A model generated the notes under the pieces. It had not been told where the DNA came from. It ran no database searches and saw nothing but the letters and a program-made list of their open reading frames with translations. Shown one piece after another: positions 28,621-37,452 of a stretch of DNA of 64,000 nt; positions within the stretch are counted from its first letter, which is position 1, and each line of letters starts with the position of its first letter. Both the position numbers and the translations under genes were made by a program. The stretch is taken from NCBI GenBank assembly GCA_965279515.1, contig CBDIID010000003.1, positions 3,360,001-3,424,000 of the forward strand, read 5' to 3'. This DNA is from Turneriella sp. Its GTDB lineage: Bacteria; Spirochaetota; Leptospiria; Turneriellales; Turneriellaceae.

Positions 28621-28741
28621 CCAGCAGGCCGTACCGGCATCTCTCAGCCGTAAAGTGGTTTTGGATAGTTTCGGGTCAGGGCACTCAAGCTGCTGTCTAT
28701 TTTCGGTTTACTTTCGGTGCACAGCGGCTCCATTGCCCGGT

Positions 28742-29770
28742 ATGGCCGGCACGTTTAAACCTCGCCTGAAAACAGCGATTAAACGCCCGTTCGCGCATTA
28801 CATTATCATCCTCGGTTATGTTATCGCCCCTGCCATCAATATCCTGCTCTATGCGCAGGCCTATCGCATTACGTTTTCGGCGCTGGTGCAGAATTTTTTC
28901 ATCATCTTCGGCAGCTTCAGCGGGGTGCTGCTCATTGCCGAGCCGCTCGTCGGATTCAGTCTTTTCTTTATCCATCGTTTCAGTTGGTATATCTTTATCT
29001 GCCACAGCGTTCTCTTGCTTTCGGATAATCTGTACAAACTCTTCAAAGCCGGGGGCAGCGGTATCTACCCGTGGTCTGTGCTCGCGGGAAGCGCCATTTG
29101 GGTTGCAGCGATCGCCTATGTGCTGCGCAAAGATTTTCGCGCACCTTACTTTCAGGCGCTGCCGCGCAGCTGGCGCGAAAAGCGGCGTGTGCCGATTCAC
29201 CACTACATCTGGTTTGCCGGCGAAGAGAAAGAAATTGCGGATTTTTCAGCGAGCGGCTGCTTTGTTTCCGATGCAACGCTTGATTTAAGGTTAGGTGAGC
29301 GCGTGCCGGTGCGTCTTAGCCTCGAAAAAAAAGATATCGATTTTTCCTGCGACGGCGAGGTCGTTCGTATCACAGAGACGGGGCTCGGCATCCGTTTTGT
29401 CGATGTACCACGCCGCGACCAAAAACGCCTCAACCGCTTCTTCAGAAACAAATTCCCCCTGCGTTATGCTGTTCAGCTCGGCGCTATCTGGCAGGGCGCG
29501 TCGGCGGTCGCCGTGCTGGCGAAGACGGTCGACATGTCGCGCGACGGCTGCTTCATCGCCGGCGACATCGGTAAATTTACCGTCGGTGAGAAAGGCACAT
29601 TGCAGCTGAGAATCGCCGAAGATGACTTCATTCTCGAGGGTAAAATTATCTGGATCAACGAGGGCAGGTTCATCAAGCCCTTAGGCGCGGGCATACAATT
29701 TAACGCACCGCAGCGTCGCCTGATGCGCAAGCTGCATGTGGCGCATGTCGATTTGCCACTAACGCGGTGA
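28742..29770 (+). CDS. Membrane protein with tandem PilZ domains
   Basis: 4 TM segments, then REKRR / DFSASG and DMSRDG motifs. Confidence 0.8.
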   Translation: MAGTFKPRLKTAIKRPFAHYIIILGYVIAPAINILLYAQAYRITFSALVQNFFIIFGSFSGVLLIAEPLVGFSLFFIHRFSWYIFICHSVLLLSDNLYKLFKAGGSGIYPWSVLAGSAIWVAAIAYVLRKDFRAPYFQALPRSWREKRRVPIHHYIWFAGEEKEIADFSASGCFVSDATLDLRLGERVPVRLSLEKKDIDFSCDGEVVRITETGLGIRFVDVPRRDQKRLNRFFRNKFPLRYAVQLGAIWQGASAVAVLAKTVDMSRDGCFIAGDIGKFTVGEKGTLQLRIAEDDFILEGKIIWINEGRFIKPLGAGIQFNAPQRRLMRKLHVAHVDLPLTR

Positions 29771-29823
29771 CTTGCCGAGACTTTCTTAATTATTGAAAGT
29801 TGTTCGCGCCGATTTTCGACGTT

Positions 29824-30849
29824 TTACCTGGCGGGCTCTATCTCCAAACTCCTGGCCAGACCCTCTGCCTTTGCAGGGGTATTCAGCGTTTTTATGAAAT
29901 CTTCCGTTTTCAAATTGTTCGCCTTGCTTTTAAATAGGAGTGTCTTAAACGGAAACTCATTTGCCTCTTCATTAAAGGAATCCGGAAACTTTTCCCGTAA
30001 CTGTTGAGCCAATTGATCGATACGGCTTTTCATTTCAGGAAACAGGTTCTCCAGCATGCGGATGCGGTTTTCAATCGCAGATAGATACTCTCTGACAGCG
30101 GCATCTTCAACGTAGCTAAGCTTCGCTAATTGCTTACGGATGGCGGTAAACTCCATGTTGTTCCAGTCTTTGGCATCCAGTACGGGAATTTGCCAGCGCC
30201 TCTGTTCTTCTTTCCAGTAATCTTTTTTCGCTTTTACCTGATGGATAATGAATCCGGGTAATTCCAGGGCGGTCAGATAGTCGCCATGGCAACATCCTGT
30301 GTCGATGCCCCAGGTGTTATTCTTCAGCTCCGGCTTCTCCCCGACAACACGGTGTCCGTAGATGATGGGCTTGGAGCCCCGGTAATGGTCGGTCCAAAAA
30401 GTTCCTTGTGCGTACTTGTTTTCTAAGACCCGCTCTCCCGCGGTCGAGCCGCACAAGACGGGCTGCTTTTGTTCTGTCAAAGTCTTATCGTGCTCAAAAG
30501 CTGCATGGACGATAATCACCTCGTCCGTTTCATCGTAATAATCCAGCGTCGAGAGCCATTTCAGAAATTCAGGATACTCGTTCCCGAATTGAATTCTGAC
30601 AATTTCCTGTGCGTAGCTCAGCACATGATTCAGGTGCTTGCGTTCGTGGTTGCCCATCAGTACTTTTGAATTTTTTCTGTCCCGGAAAAATTCAAATACC
30701 TCTTTCGACTTATTGCCCCGATCCACAATGTCGCCGACAGAAATAATCCGATCCTGTTCGGCGACATTTGCCTGTTGCAGTAGCTCCATGAGTTCGTCAT
30801 AGCAGCCGTGAATATCGCCGATGACAAAAATCCGTTCTTTAAATGTCAT
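29824..30849 (-). CDS. Metallophosphoesterase (PPP/ApaH-like)
   Basis: GDIHG, GDIVDRG, GNHE, YGH, IDTG. Confidence 0.9.
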   Translation of the reverse strand: MTFKERIFVIGDIHGCYDELMELLQQANVAEQDRIISVGDIVDRGNKSKEVFEFFRDRKNSKVLMGNHERKHLNHVLSYAQEIVRIQFGNEYPEFLKWLSTLDYYDETDEVIIVHAAFEHDKTLTEQKQPVLCGSTAGERVLENKYAQGTFWTDHYRGSKPIIYGHRVVGEKPELKNNTWGIDTGCCHGDYLTALELPGFIIHQVKAKKDYWKEEQRRWQIPVLDAKDWNNMEFTAIRKQLAKLSYVEDAAVREYLSAIENRIRMLENLFPEMKSRIDQLAQQLREKFPDSFNEEANEFPFKTLLFKSKANNLKTEDFIKTLNTPAKAEGLARSLEIEPAR

Positions 30850-30892
30850 ACTCTCAAAAAATCACGGCAGGCGCAGCCGGTTGACTGACACA

Positions 30893-31558
30893 CTACACCG
30901 TCATATTCATAATCCACGCATTGCTATGGGTATGATTGCCCGGCGCGGCATTTTCAGCGACCTGGAGCATATAAGATGCCAGCCGCGGCGCAGGCGTTGG
31001 TTGAATGGCGTTGAGGCCCGGCAGTTTAAAGACCGGCCCTAAGAGTTTCGCCGCTACCGCCGCGGCACTTTCGCCCGGGCGGTGCTCTGCGCGTTCGCCG
31101 ATTAAGAGTGATGGCCGGTAGATATGCAGGGACGGAAGATTCAGCGATTGCAATTTCTCTTCCAGCTCGCCTTTAACGCGGCTGTAAAAAATTCCCGATT
31201 TCGCGGATGCCCCATGCGCGGTGACTACATGCAACGAGGTAGCTCCGGCCTTGTGCGTCTCTTCGGCGAAGTGCAGCACAAAGTCATAATCTACCTGGCG
31301 GAAGGCAGCTTCGCTGCCCGCCTTTTTAATCGTGGTGCCCAGCGTGCAGATGGCGATGAGGTTCTCAGGATGGTGGCTGCCCCAATCGATCGGCGCCATA
31401 AAATCATGGTTGATGAAGACGACATTCTTTACATCGGTTTCGGGTGCTCTGCGCCCGAGGCAAAAGATGCGGCCGGTTCCGCTTTTATTCCCGAGTTGTT
31501 TCAGAATTTCAGCGCCGACGAGCCCGGTGGCCCCGGCGAGAATATAATCGTGTGGCAT
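30893..31558 (-). CDS. NAD(P)-binding atypical SDR (TIP30/HTATIP2-like)
   Basis: GATGLVG, LGTTIKKAGS, YSRVKG, RPSLL. Confidence 0.85.
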   Translation of the reverse strand: MPHDYILAGATGLVGAEILKQLGNKSGTGRIFCLGRRAPETDVKNVVFINHDFMAPIDWGSHHPENLIAICTLGTTIKKAGSEAAFRQVDYDFVLHFAEETHKAGATSLHVVTAHGASAKSGIFYSRVKGELEEKLQSLNLPSLHIYRPSLLIGERAEHRPGESAAAVAAKLLGPVFKLPGLNAIQPTPAPRLASYMLQVAENAAPGNHTHSNAWIMNMTV

Positions 31559-31672
31559 AGTGATTTCATGTCTGATGGGCCGCGATGATTTGCCTGTAAA
31601 GCGAATTTGCAGGGCCGCAATAATCCTCTGAAATCGCTTGTAGACCCTGGAAAATTTCCGGACGGGGAATAC

Positions 31673-32611
31673 ATGCGCCGCTTATTATTTCTGACCCTAC
31701 TCTTCTTTTCCGCAGTTGAGGCGGTGCCGAAGATCGGCAAATGCGAAGTCTTCCCTGCGGATAATATCTGGAATACCCCGATCGACCGCGCGCCGGTGCA
31801 TGCGCGTTCGGCCGACTATGTGCGCAGCATCGGCGCGCAGAAAAAGCTCAAGGCCGACTTCGGCGCAGGCCTTTGGGAAGGCGGCCCGATTGGCATTCCC
31901 TATACGTTGAAAACCGGCCCCGCGGCGCGCGTGGCGTTCGAATATAAAGAAGAAAGTGACGCGGGGCCTTATCCGATTCCCGCAAACCCACCGATCGAGG
32001 GCGGCGAAAAAGCAAACGGCGACCGCCATATTCTCATCGTCGACGAGAAGAACTGCAAGCTCTATGAACTCTATGCCGCGCGCAAAAAAGGCAGCGCGTG
32101 GAGCGCCGGCTCCGGGGCAATCTTTGACTTGAAATCGAATCAGCTGCGCCCCGACGGCTGGACATCCGCCGACGCAGCCGGATTACCCCTGTTGCCGGGC
32201 CTCGCCCGCTACGAAGAGGTCGCCGCGGGGGAAATCACCCACGCGCTGCGCTTCACCGCACGCCGTACGCAAAAAGCCTATGTCTGGCCGGCGCGGCATT
32301 TTGCCTCGCGCGTGACCGACAAGGCCGTGCCGCCTATGGGTATGCGCTTTCGCCTCAAGGCAAACTTCAAAATCGACGGTTTCAGCAAAGATACGCAGGT
32401 GATTCTGCGTGCGCTGAAGAAATACGGTATGATTTTGGCCGATAACGGCTCTGACTGGTATATCTCGGGGGCGCCCGATGAAGGCTGGAATAACGACCGC
32501 CTGAGGGAGCTGGGGCGCATTAAGGGTGAGGCTTTTGAGGCTGTGGATACGACTAGCCTTAGAAAGGAAGATGATTCTGCGGGGGTGAGTCCGGTTGGAA
32601 TTAAGGACTAA
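31673..32611 (+). CDS. Secreted conserved hypothetical protein
   Basis: Signal peptide; FPADNIWN, GDRH, TSADAAGLP, YGMILADNG. Confidence 0.8.
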   Translation: MRRLLFLTLLFFSAVEAVPKIGKCEVFPADNIWNTPIDRAPVHARSADYVRSIGAQKKLKADFGAGLWEGGPIGIPYTLKTGPAARVAFEYKEESDAGPYPIPANPPIEGGEKANGDRHILIVDEKNCKLYELYAARKKGSAWSAGSGAIFDLKSNQLRPDGWTSADAAGLPLLPGLARYEEVAAGEITHALRFTARRTQKAYVWPARHFASRVTDKAVPPMGMRFRLKANFKIDGFSKDTQVILRALKKYGMILADNGSDWYISGAPDEGWNNDRLRELGRIKGEAFEAVDTTSLRKEDDSAGVSPVGIKD

Positions 32612-32621
32612 CCGAGCTAAC

Positions 32622-32782
32622 GCAAGTGTGCGACAGGCTACAAAATGCCAAAATCCAAGAAAAGTTGCGCGATTTTTGGGGCAAAAATCGCTCCATGAAC
32701 GGGCAAAGGCCCGCTTTTCTTGGATTTAGGCATTTTGCTCTATTGAGCTGGTGACTGAAGTTGTGGCCTGCCGCACACTTGC
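32622..32782. other. Highly structured nested-palindrome element (ncRNA or MITE-like)
   Basis: 22-bp outer inverted repeat, 24-bp inner inverted repeat, three internal hairpins. Confidence 0.6.
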
Positions 32783-32821
32783 TAACACTTGACGCCTTGT
32801 CTAAAACCCCTAAAAGGGCGG

Positions 32822-33271
32822 ATGCTGAATCAGATTCTTGAAAAACTGCACTACGACGTAGTCTCCAAGCCCGTAGACTTTTCCGTAGGCGACACAGTTA
32901 AAGTCCACTACAAAATCAAAGAAGGCGCGAAAGAGCGTATCCAGGTCTATGAAGGCCTCGTGATCGCGATCCAGAACCAGGGTTCGGGCAAAACCTTCAC
33001 CGTGCGCCGCGTCAGTTTCGACGTCGGTGTAGAGCGTATTTTCCCTCTCTACGCGCCGACTGTCGACAAAGTCGAAAAAGTGCGCTCGAGCAAGGTTCGC
33101 CGCTCAAAACTCTATTACCTGCGCGACAAATCAGGTAAAGACAGCCGCCTCAAAGAAATCGTGCGTAAGCCCGTCAAAGACCCGCTCTTTGCCAAGGCCC
33201 AGGCATACAAGGCGTCTAAGCCCGCACCAGCAGCTCCGGCTCCCGTAGCTGAAGCCGCAACACCTGCGTAA
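32822..33271 (+). CDS. rplS: 50S ribosomal protein L19
   Basis: GDTVKVH...KERIQVYEG...GVERIFP...[11 protein letters not shown]. Confidence 0.97.
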   Translation: MLNQILEKLHYDVVSKPVDFSVGDTVKVHYKIKEGAKERIQVYEGLVIAIQNQGSGKTFTVRRVSFDVGVERIFPLYAPTVDKVEKVRSSKVRRSKLYYLRDKSGKDSRLKEIVRKPVKDPLFAKAQAYKASKPAPAAPAPVAEAATPA

Positions 33272-33296
33272 GCAAGGGGGATTAACCCCTGATGAG

Positions 33297-33323
33297 AACC
33301 GCGCCTTGGCGCGGTTTTTTTTT
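33297..33323 (+). terminator. Intrinsic terminator after rplS
   Basis: AACCGCGC-cttg-GCGCGGTT running into a T9 tract. Confidence 0.75.
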
Positions 33324-33956
33324 GAGCATAGCGGGATCTCCTACCGTGCCATCATCGGCGTCGACGAGGTCGGGCGCGGCGCCCTCTTTGGCCCCGTGAC
33401 CGTCGGGGCAGTGCTGCTCACCCCCGAAAAATGGGATGCCCTGCCGCAAGAAGAATGGTTCTCTTTAGTTAATGACTCGAAGCTCGTGAGCGAAAAGAAA
33501 CGCAATCTGCTCGCGCCGCTCATCGCCGCCGCGCTGCCCGGCGCCGTGTCGCACACCGCGGTGCGTTACATCGACGCGCACAACATCAACCGCGCGGTCG
33601 AGCGGGGTATCTACAAGGCAGTGCAGCGCCTGCTGTGCACATCGGGGATGCAACCCGGTGAAGTGCGGGTTCTCTTCGATGGCAAATCGATTCCCGCCTA
33701 TCCCCAGCTCGGCCTCACATCGCCCATGCCTCATCTCTCTGCCGAGATCAAGGCCGATCAGAAATATTTTCCTGTTTCGGCGGCGTCTATTCTCGCCAAG
33801 GTCGCCCGGGATGCGATGATAACGCGCGCGGCGCTGCGCTTTCCCGAATACGGCCTCGACGCCCACGCGGGTTATGGCACCGCTGTACATCGCTCAGCCA
33901 TAACGCGCTATGGCATGACAAAATTTCACCGCACTTCGTTTCGTCTGAAGGCTTAA
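33306..33956 (+). CDS. rnhB: Ribonuclease HII
   Basis: GVDEVGRG, DSK, DG, AASILAKVARD, GYGT; start uncertain. Confidence 0.92.
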   Translation: MARFFFEHSGISYRAIIGVDEVGRGALFGPVTVGAVLLTPEKWDALPQEEWFSLVNDSKLVSEKKRNLLAPLIAAALPGAVSHTAVRYIDAHNINRAVERGIYKAVQRLLCTSGMQPGEVRVLFDGKSIPAYPQLGLTSPMPHLSAEIKADQKYFPVSAASILAKVARDAMITRAALRFPEYGLDAHAGYGTAVHRSAITRYGMTKFHRTSFRLKA

Positions 33957-34048
33957 CTGAAGGCAAATTATGTCACTAAGCGCATCGTGCTCAGACGCGG
34001 CCAATGCGTGAATCATTGTCGCCCTAAATCAACGCCCGAATACGCCGT

Positions 34049-34927
34049 ATGGCTGCGAACCCCATGCAGAAGATCTTGATCGCCGGTGGCGGTGCAATGG
34101 GGGCCGGCATCGCCTATATCTTTGCCCGCGCCTACCCGACAGCGCAGGTCGACGTCATGGACACCAATGAGAAGGTGCGCGCACAGGCGGCCGAGAGCAT
34201 CGAAAAGTGGTCCAAAAAAGATCGTGAGAAAGATGCTGAGGCCGGCAGAACGCCCATCGAAGTGGCGGGTCGCCTGAATGTTCTCGCCGGTTTCGGCAAA
34301 ACACAGCTCCAGTATGATCTCATGCTCGAAGCGGTAACCGAGAATCTCGAGCTCAAGAAAAAGATTTTCAACGAATTCGATCTGCGCGCCCACGAAGGAA
34401 CGCTCTTCGCGTCGAATACATCCTCCTTATCGATTACCGAACTTTCCACCGCAGTTAATCCCAAACGCCAGGGCCGGGTCGTCGGCCTGCATTTTTTTAA
34501 CCCGCCGCGCGTCATGAAGCTGCTTGAAATCATTTCCACCGAAGCCACCGAAGCGGCGGCTCTTGACCTTGCGCGCGACGTGGCGGCCAAGCTCGATAAG
34601 GTTTCGGTCATTTGTAAAGATGCACCGGGCTTTATCACTTCGCGCCTCGGTATTGTGCTCATCAATGAGGCGATCTTTGCGCTGCAAGAGGGACTCATGT
34701 CTGCGGAAGATATCGATACCTCGATGAAACTCGGTTACAATTTCCCGATGGGCCCGCTGGCCCTGGCGGATTTCATCGGTCTCGACGTCGTTTTTGCCGT
34801 GACGCAGACCCTGCACGATAACTACCAGGACTCCAAATACCGGCCCTGCATGCTGCTCAGAAAAAAAGTTGAAGCCGGCCATCTGGGACGCAAGACGGGC
34901 CGTGGCTTCTTTATCTATGCCGAATGA
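34049..34927 (+). CDS. 3-hydroxyacyl/3-hydroxybutyryl-CoA dehydrogenase
   Basis: GGGAMG, EAVTE, ASNTSS, GLHFFNP, PMGPL. Confidence 0.92.
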   Translation: MAANPMQKILIAGGGAMGAGIAYIFARAYPTAQVDVMDTNEKVRAQAAESIEKWSKKDREKDAEAGRTPIEVAGRLNVLAGFGKTQLQYDLMLEAVTENLELKKKIFNEFDLRAHEGTLFASNTSSLSITELSTAVNPKRQGRVVGLHFFNPPRVMKLLEIISTEATEAAALDLARDVAAKLDKVSVICKDAPGFITSRLGIVLINEAIFALQEGLMSAEDIDTSMKLGYNFPMGPLALADFIGLDVVFAVTQTLHDNYQDSKYRPCMLLRKKVEAGHLGRKTGRGFFIYAE

Positions 34928-35396
34928 CGCGGCGCTCGTCGCCGAGTTCCGCGCGAAACCGTTAAATCAGCTCGAAACAATTTTTATGGGTGCTGCGCCG
35001 CTGGCTTACCCTGCCCCCGGCAATTATGCCGGTACCTGGCTGAAACGTATTGAGAACTCCGGAACATATAAGCCGTTCAACCTCATTTCGCAGTGGCTCA
35101 TGTTTGAAATTACGCCGTTCGGCATTACCTTTAACGCCGATGCCACCGGCATCTGGTATTTTTTTAATCCTTCCCTGGCCGCGGGTAATTTTTCCATGGT
35201 GAACGGGCCATCGATGTGGCGCGATACGAAGGCCGTGGCGCTGAATTATGAAACCGCGAAACTACCCGGGTTCATTAAAGGCATTCTGTACGACGAAGTG
35301 AAGCCACTCAGCGAAAACCATGCGCTGGGTATCGGCGGCTTTAAAGGGCCGGCGGGCGACGGTGATAATTTTTTCTTTTTACTAACGCGTGTGTAG
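34917..35396 (+). CDS. Hypothetical protein
   Basis: ORF overlaps the upstream gene end; LNYE...DEVK...LG pattern. Confidence 0.65.
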   Translation: MPNDAALVAEFRAKPLNQLETIFMGAAPLAYPAPGNYAGTWLKRIENSGTYKPFNLISQWLMFEITPFGITFNADATGIWYFFNPSLAAGNFSMVNGPSMWRDTKAVALNYETAKLPGFIKGILYDEVKPLSENHALGIGGFKGPAGDGDNFFFLLTRV

Positions 35397-35400
35397 CGTC

Positions 35401-35477
35401 GCCCCTATCCCCAACCCTTCCCCCAAGTCTGGGGGAAGGGAGTACGTATCTCCCCCTCGCCAAACGGGGGTGGGGCG
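35401..35477. repeat. REP-like palindromic element
   Basis: CCCCAACCCTTCCCCCA-agtc-TGGGGGAAGGGAG plus a degenerate second hairpin. Confidence 0.7.
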
Positions 35478-36899
35478 TTGTTAATCGCCGGGGTTTGTCT
35501 ATACCTCGCCGCAACTTTACTCGTCGGGTTTATCGCTGCGCGGCGCGTCAAAGACAACCGCGACTTTGCACTCGCCGGTAAAAACCTCGGAGTTTTCATG
35601 GCGACGTCGACGGTGTTCGCCACCTGGTTCGGGTCAGAGACCGTACTGGGTTCTTCGGCGAACTTTGTGCGCGATGGTTTTCACGGGGTGATTGAAGAGC
35701 CGTTTGGCGCGGCGCTTTGCCTGATTCTTGTCGGCGCAATTTTTGCCCGCAAACTCTATGCGATGAACCTCACCACCTTCGGCGACTTTTTCCGCGTGCG
35801 CTTCGGTGTTGCCGCCGAGATTGTTTCGTCGGTGCTGCTGGCATTTTCGTATGTCAGCTGGGTCGCCGCGCAGTTCATCGCACTCGGTATCGTCATGCAT
35901 ACGATCACCGGCATTTCCCTCGAATGGGCGATCGCCATCATGGCAGCGATGGTGACGCTCTATACGACGATGGGGGGCATGTGGGCGGTCTCTCTCACCG
36001 ATACGCTGCAGACGACGCTCATCGTGCTGGGTCTCGTCGCCGTGTTTTTCATCCTCATGCCGCAGGCGGGGGGATGGTCCGCGGTGCTGAGCCATGCACC
36101 CGCAACCCATTTCTCACTCATACCGCCGGGCAAAGTGAACTGGTGGAACTATGCGGCACTCTGGATGGTACTGGGGCTGGGCTCTGTGCCGGGCCAGGAT
36201 GTTTTCCAGCGCGTGATGTCGTCGAAATCAGGCAAGGTTGCCGTTACTTCTTCTATTACAGCGGGTTTTCTCTATCTGACCATCGCCATGATTCCCCTGT
36301 TTCTGGGCCTCGTTGCGGTCGCAATGCTGGCTAAGGGAGATCTGCCGCAGGACATGCAGCACCTGCTGCCGCAGTTGATTCTGATGAAGACGCCGGTCGT
36401 CGTGCAGATCATCTTTTTTGGCGCATTGATTTCGGCGATTTTGAGCACGGCGAGCGGGGCGCTTTTGGCGCCGTCGGTACTCATGAGTGAAAACCTGCTG
36501 CGCAAGATTTTTCCCCAGGAAAAGTGGCTGCTGCTGCTGTCGCGGCTCAGCACGGTCGCCATCGCGCTCTGGGCGCTGCAGATGGCCTTCGCCAACCGCC
36601 ATATCCATAACCTTGTGACGGAATCTTCGGCGATTGGTCTTGTCGCATTGCTGACACCCTTTCTCGTCGGGTTCTTCACGCCCAGCCGCAGCCCTTATCC
36701 GGCGGTGGCAAGCATGCTCACGGGATTTCTGGTTTGGAAATTCTGGCTGGAAATAGGCGGTTTATTCAAAATCAAACCTGAAGATTTTCCAGCGGTACTG
36801 GCGGGATTAACGGCGAGTGTTTCGCCCTATATCGTATTCTTTGTGATTTCTTGGATCCGACGCACCCCACCCCGGCCTTCGGCCACCCCTCCCCACTAA
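35478..36899 (+). CDS. Sodium:solute symporter family protein
   Basis: FATWFGSETVLG, YTTMGGMWAVSLTD, QDVFQR, AILST. Confidence 0.92.
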   Translation: MLIAGVCLYLAATLLVGFIAARRVKDNRDFALAGKNLGVFMATSTVFATWFGSETVLGSSANFVRDGFHGVIEEPFGAALCLILVGAIFARKLYAMNLTTFGDFFRVRFGVAAEIVSSVLLAFSYVSWVAAQFIALGIVMHTITGISLEWAIAIMAAMVTLYTTMGGMWAVSLTDTLQTTLIVLGLVAVFFILMPQAGGWSAVLSHAPATHFSLIPPGKVNWWNYAALWMVLGLGSVPGQDVFQRVMSSKSGKVAVTSSITAGFLYLTIAMIPLFLGLVAVAMLAKGDLPQDMQHLLPQLILMKTPVVVQIIFFGALISAILSTASGALLAPSVLMSENLLRKIFPQEKWLLLLSRLSTVAIALWALQMAFANRHIHNLVTESSAIGLVALLTPFLVGFFTPSRSPYPAVASMLTGFLVWKFWLEIGGLFKIKPEDFPAVLAGLTASVSPYIVFFVISWIRRTPPRPSATPPH

Positions 36900-36912
36900 C
36901 GTGGAGAGGGGG
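36864..36912. repeat. REP-like palindromic element
   Basis: ACCCCACCCCGGCCTTCGGCCACCCCTCCCCACTAACGTGGAGAGGGGG; near copy at 47341. Confidence 0.75.
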
Positions 36913-36924
36913 TTGGCGTGCCGG

Positions 36925-37452
36925 TCAAAACATATTCATGATATACCATTTTCCGTCGCGCTTGCGGAAAATGGGATTGCCCATGAGACCCATGCTCGGC
37001 CTGTTTTTGAAGTCGAGCCGCACTTCGCATTCCGTAGCCGAATAATAAAAAATTCCGACGCGGACTTCTCCCGCGCTGCCAAAAACTTTGCGGTAGCTGC
37101 GGATGTTGTCCCGCGGCGCGGTCTCTTTCCAGTAGGCATCGTCCCAGAACACGCGGTAGAGCTGCGCCTTGGGGTTCGTCAGGGCGGTTGCGACCTGTTC
37201 ATAGGGCACGAAGGCCTTCGCGTCGATGATTGTTCCTTCTTTGGCATTGACATATTTCAGAATCTGCTCGGGTTTTTCTTCGACTATCGCTGTCACAATT
37301 TCTTCCAGTGCTGCGAGAATTTTAGGGTTCTCAGCCGCCGCCATGGTTTCATCGGCAGTGCTCAGGAAAAAATGTCCCTGCATGGCAAACGTGGGCGGTT
37401 TCGTGCAACAGGCCAGCAGCAGGGTAAATAGCAGCGCGGCGAAAAGTTTCAA
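36925..37452 (-). CDS. Putative lipoprotein
   Basis: Lipobox LLACC; NTF2-like C-terminus (FRKRDGKWYI). Confidence 0.7.
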   Translation of the reverse strand: MKLFAALLFTLLLACCTKPPTFAMQGHFFLSTADETMAAAENPKILAALEEIVTAIVEEKPEQILKYVNAKEGTIIDAKAFVPYEQVATALTNPKAQLYRVFWDDAYWKETAPRDNIRSYRKVFGSAGEVRVGIFYYSATECEVRLDFKNRPSMGLMGNPIFRKRDGKWYIMNMF

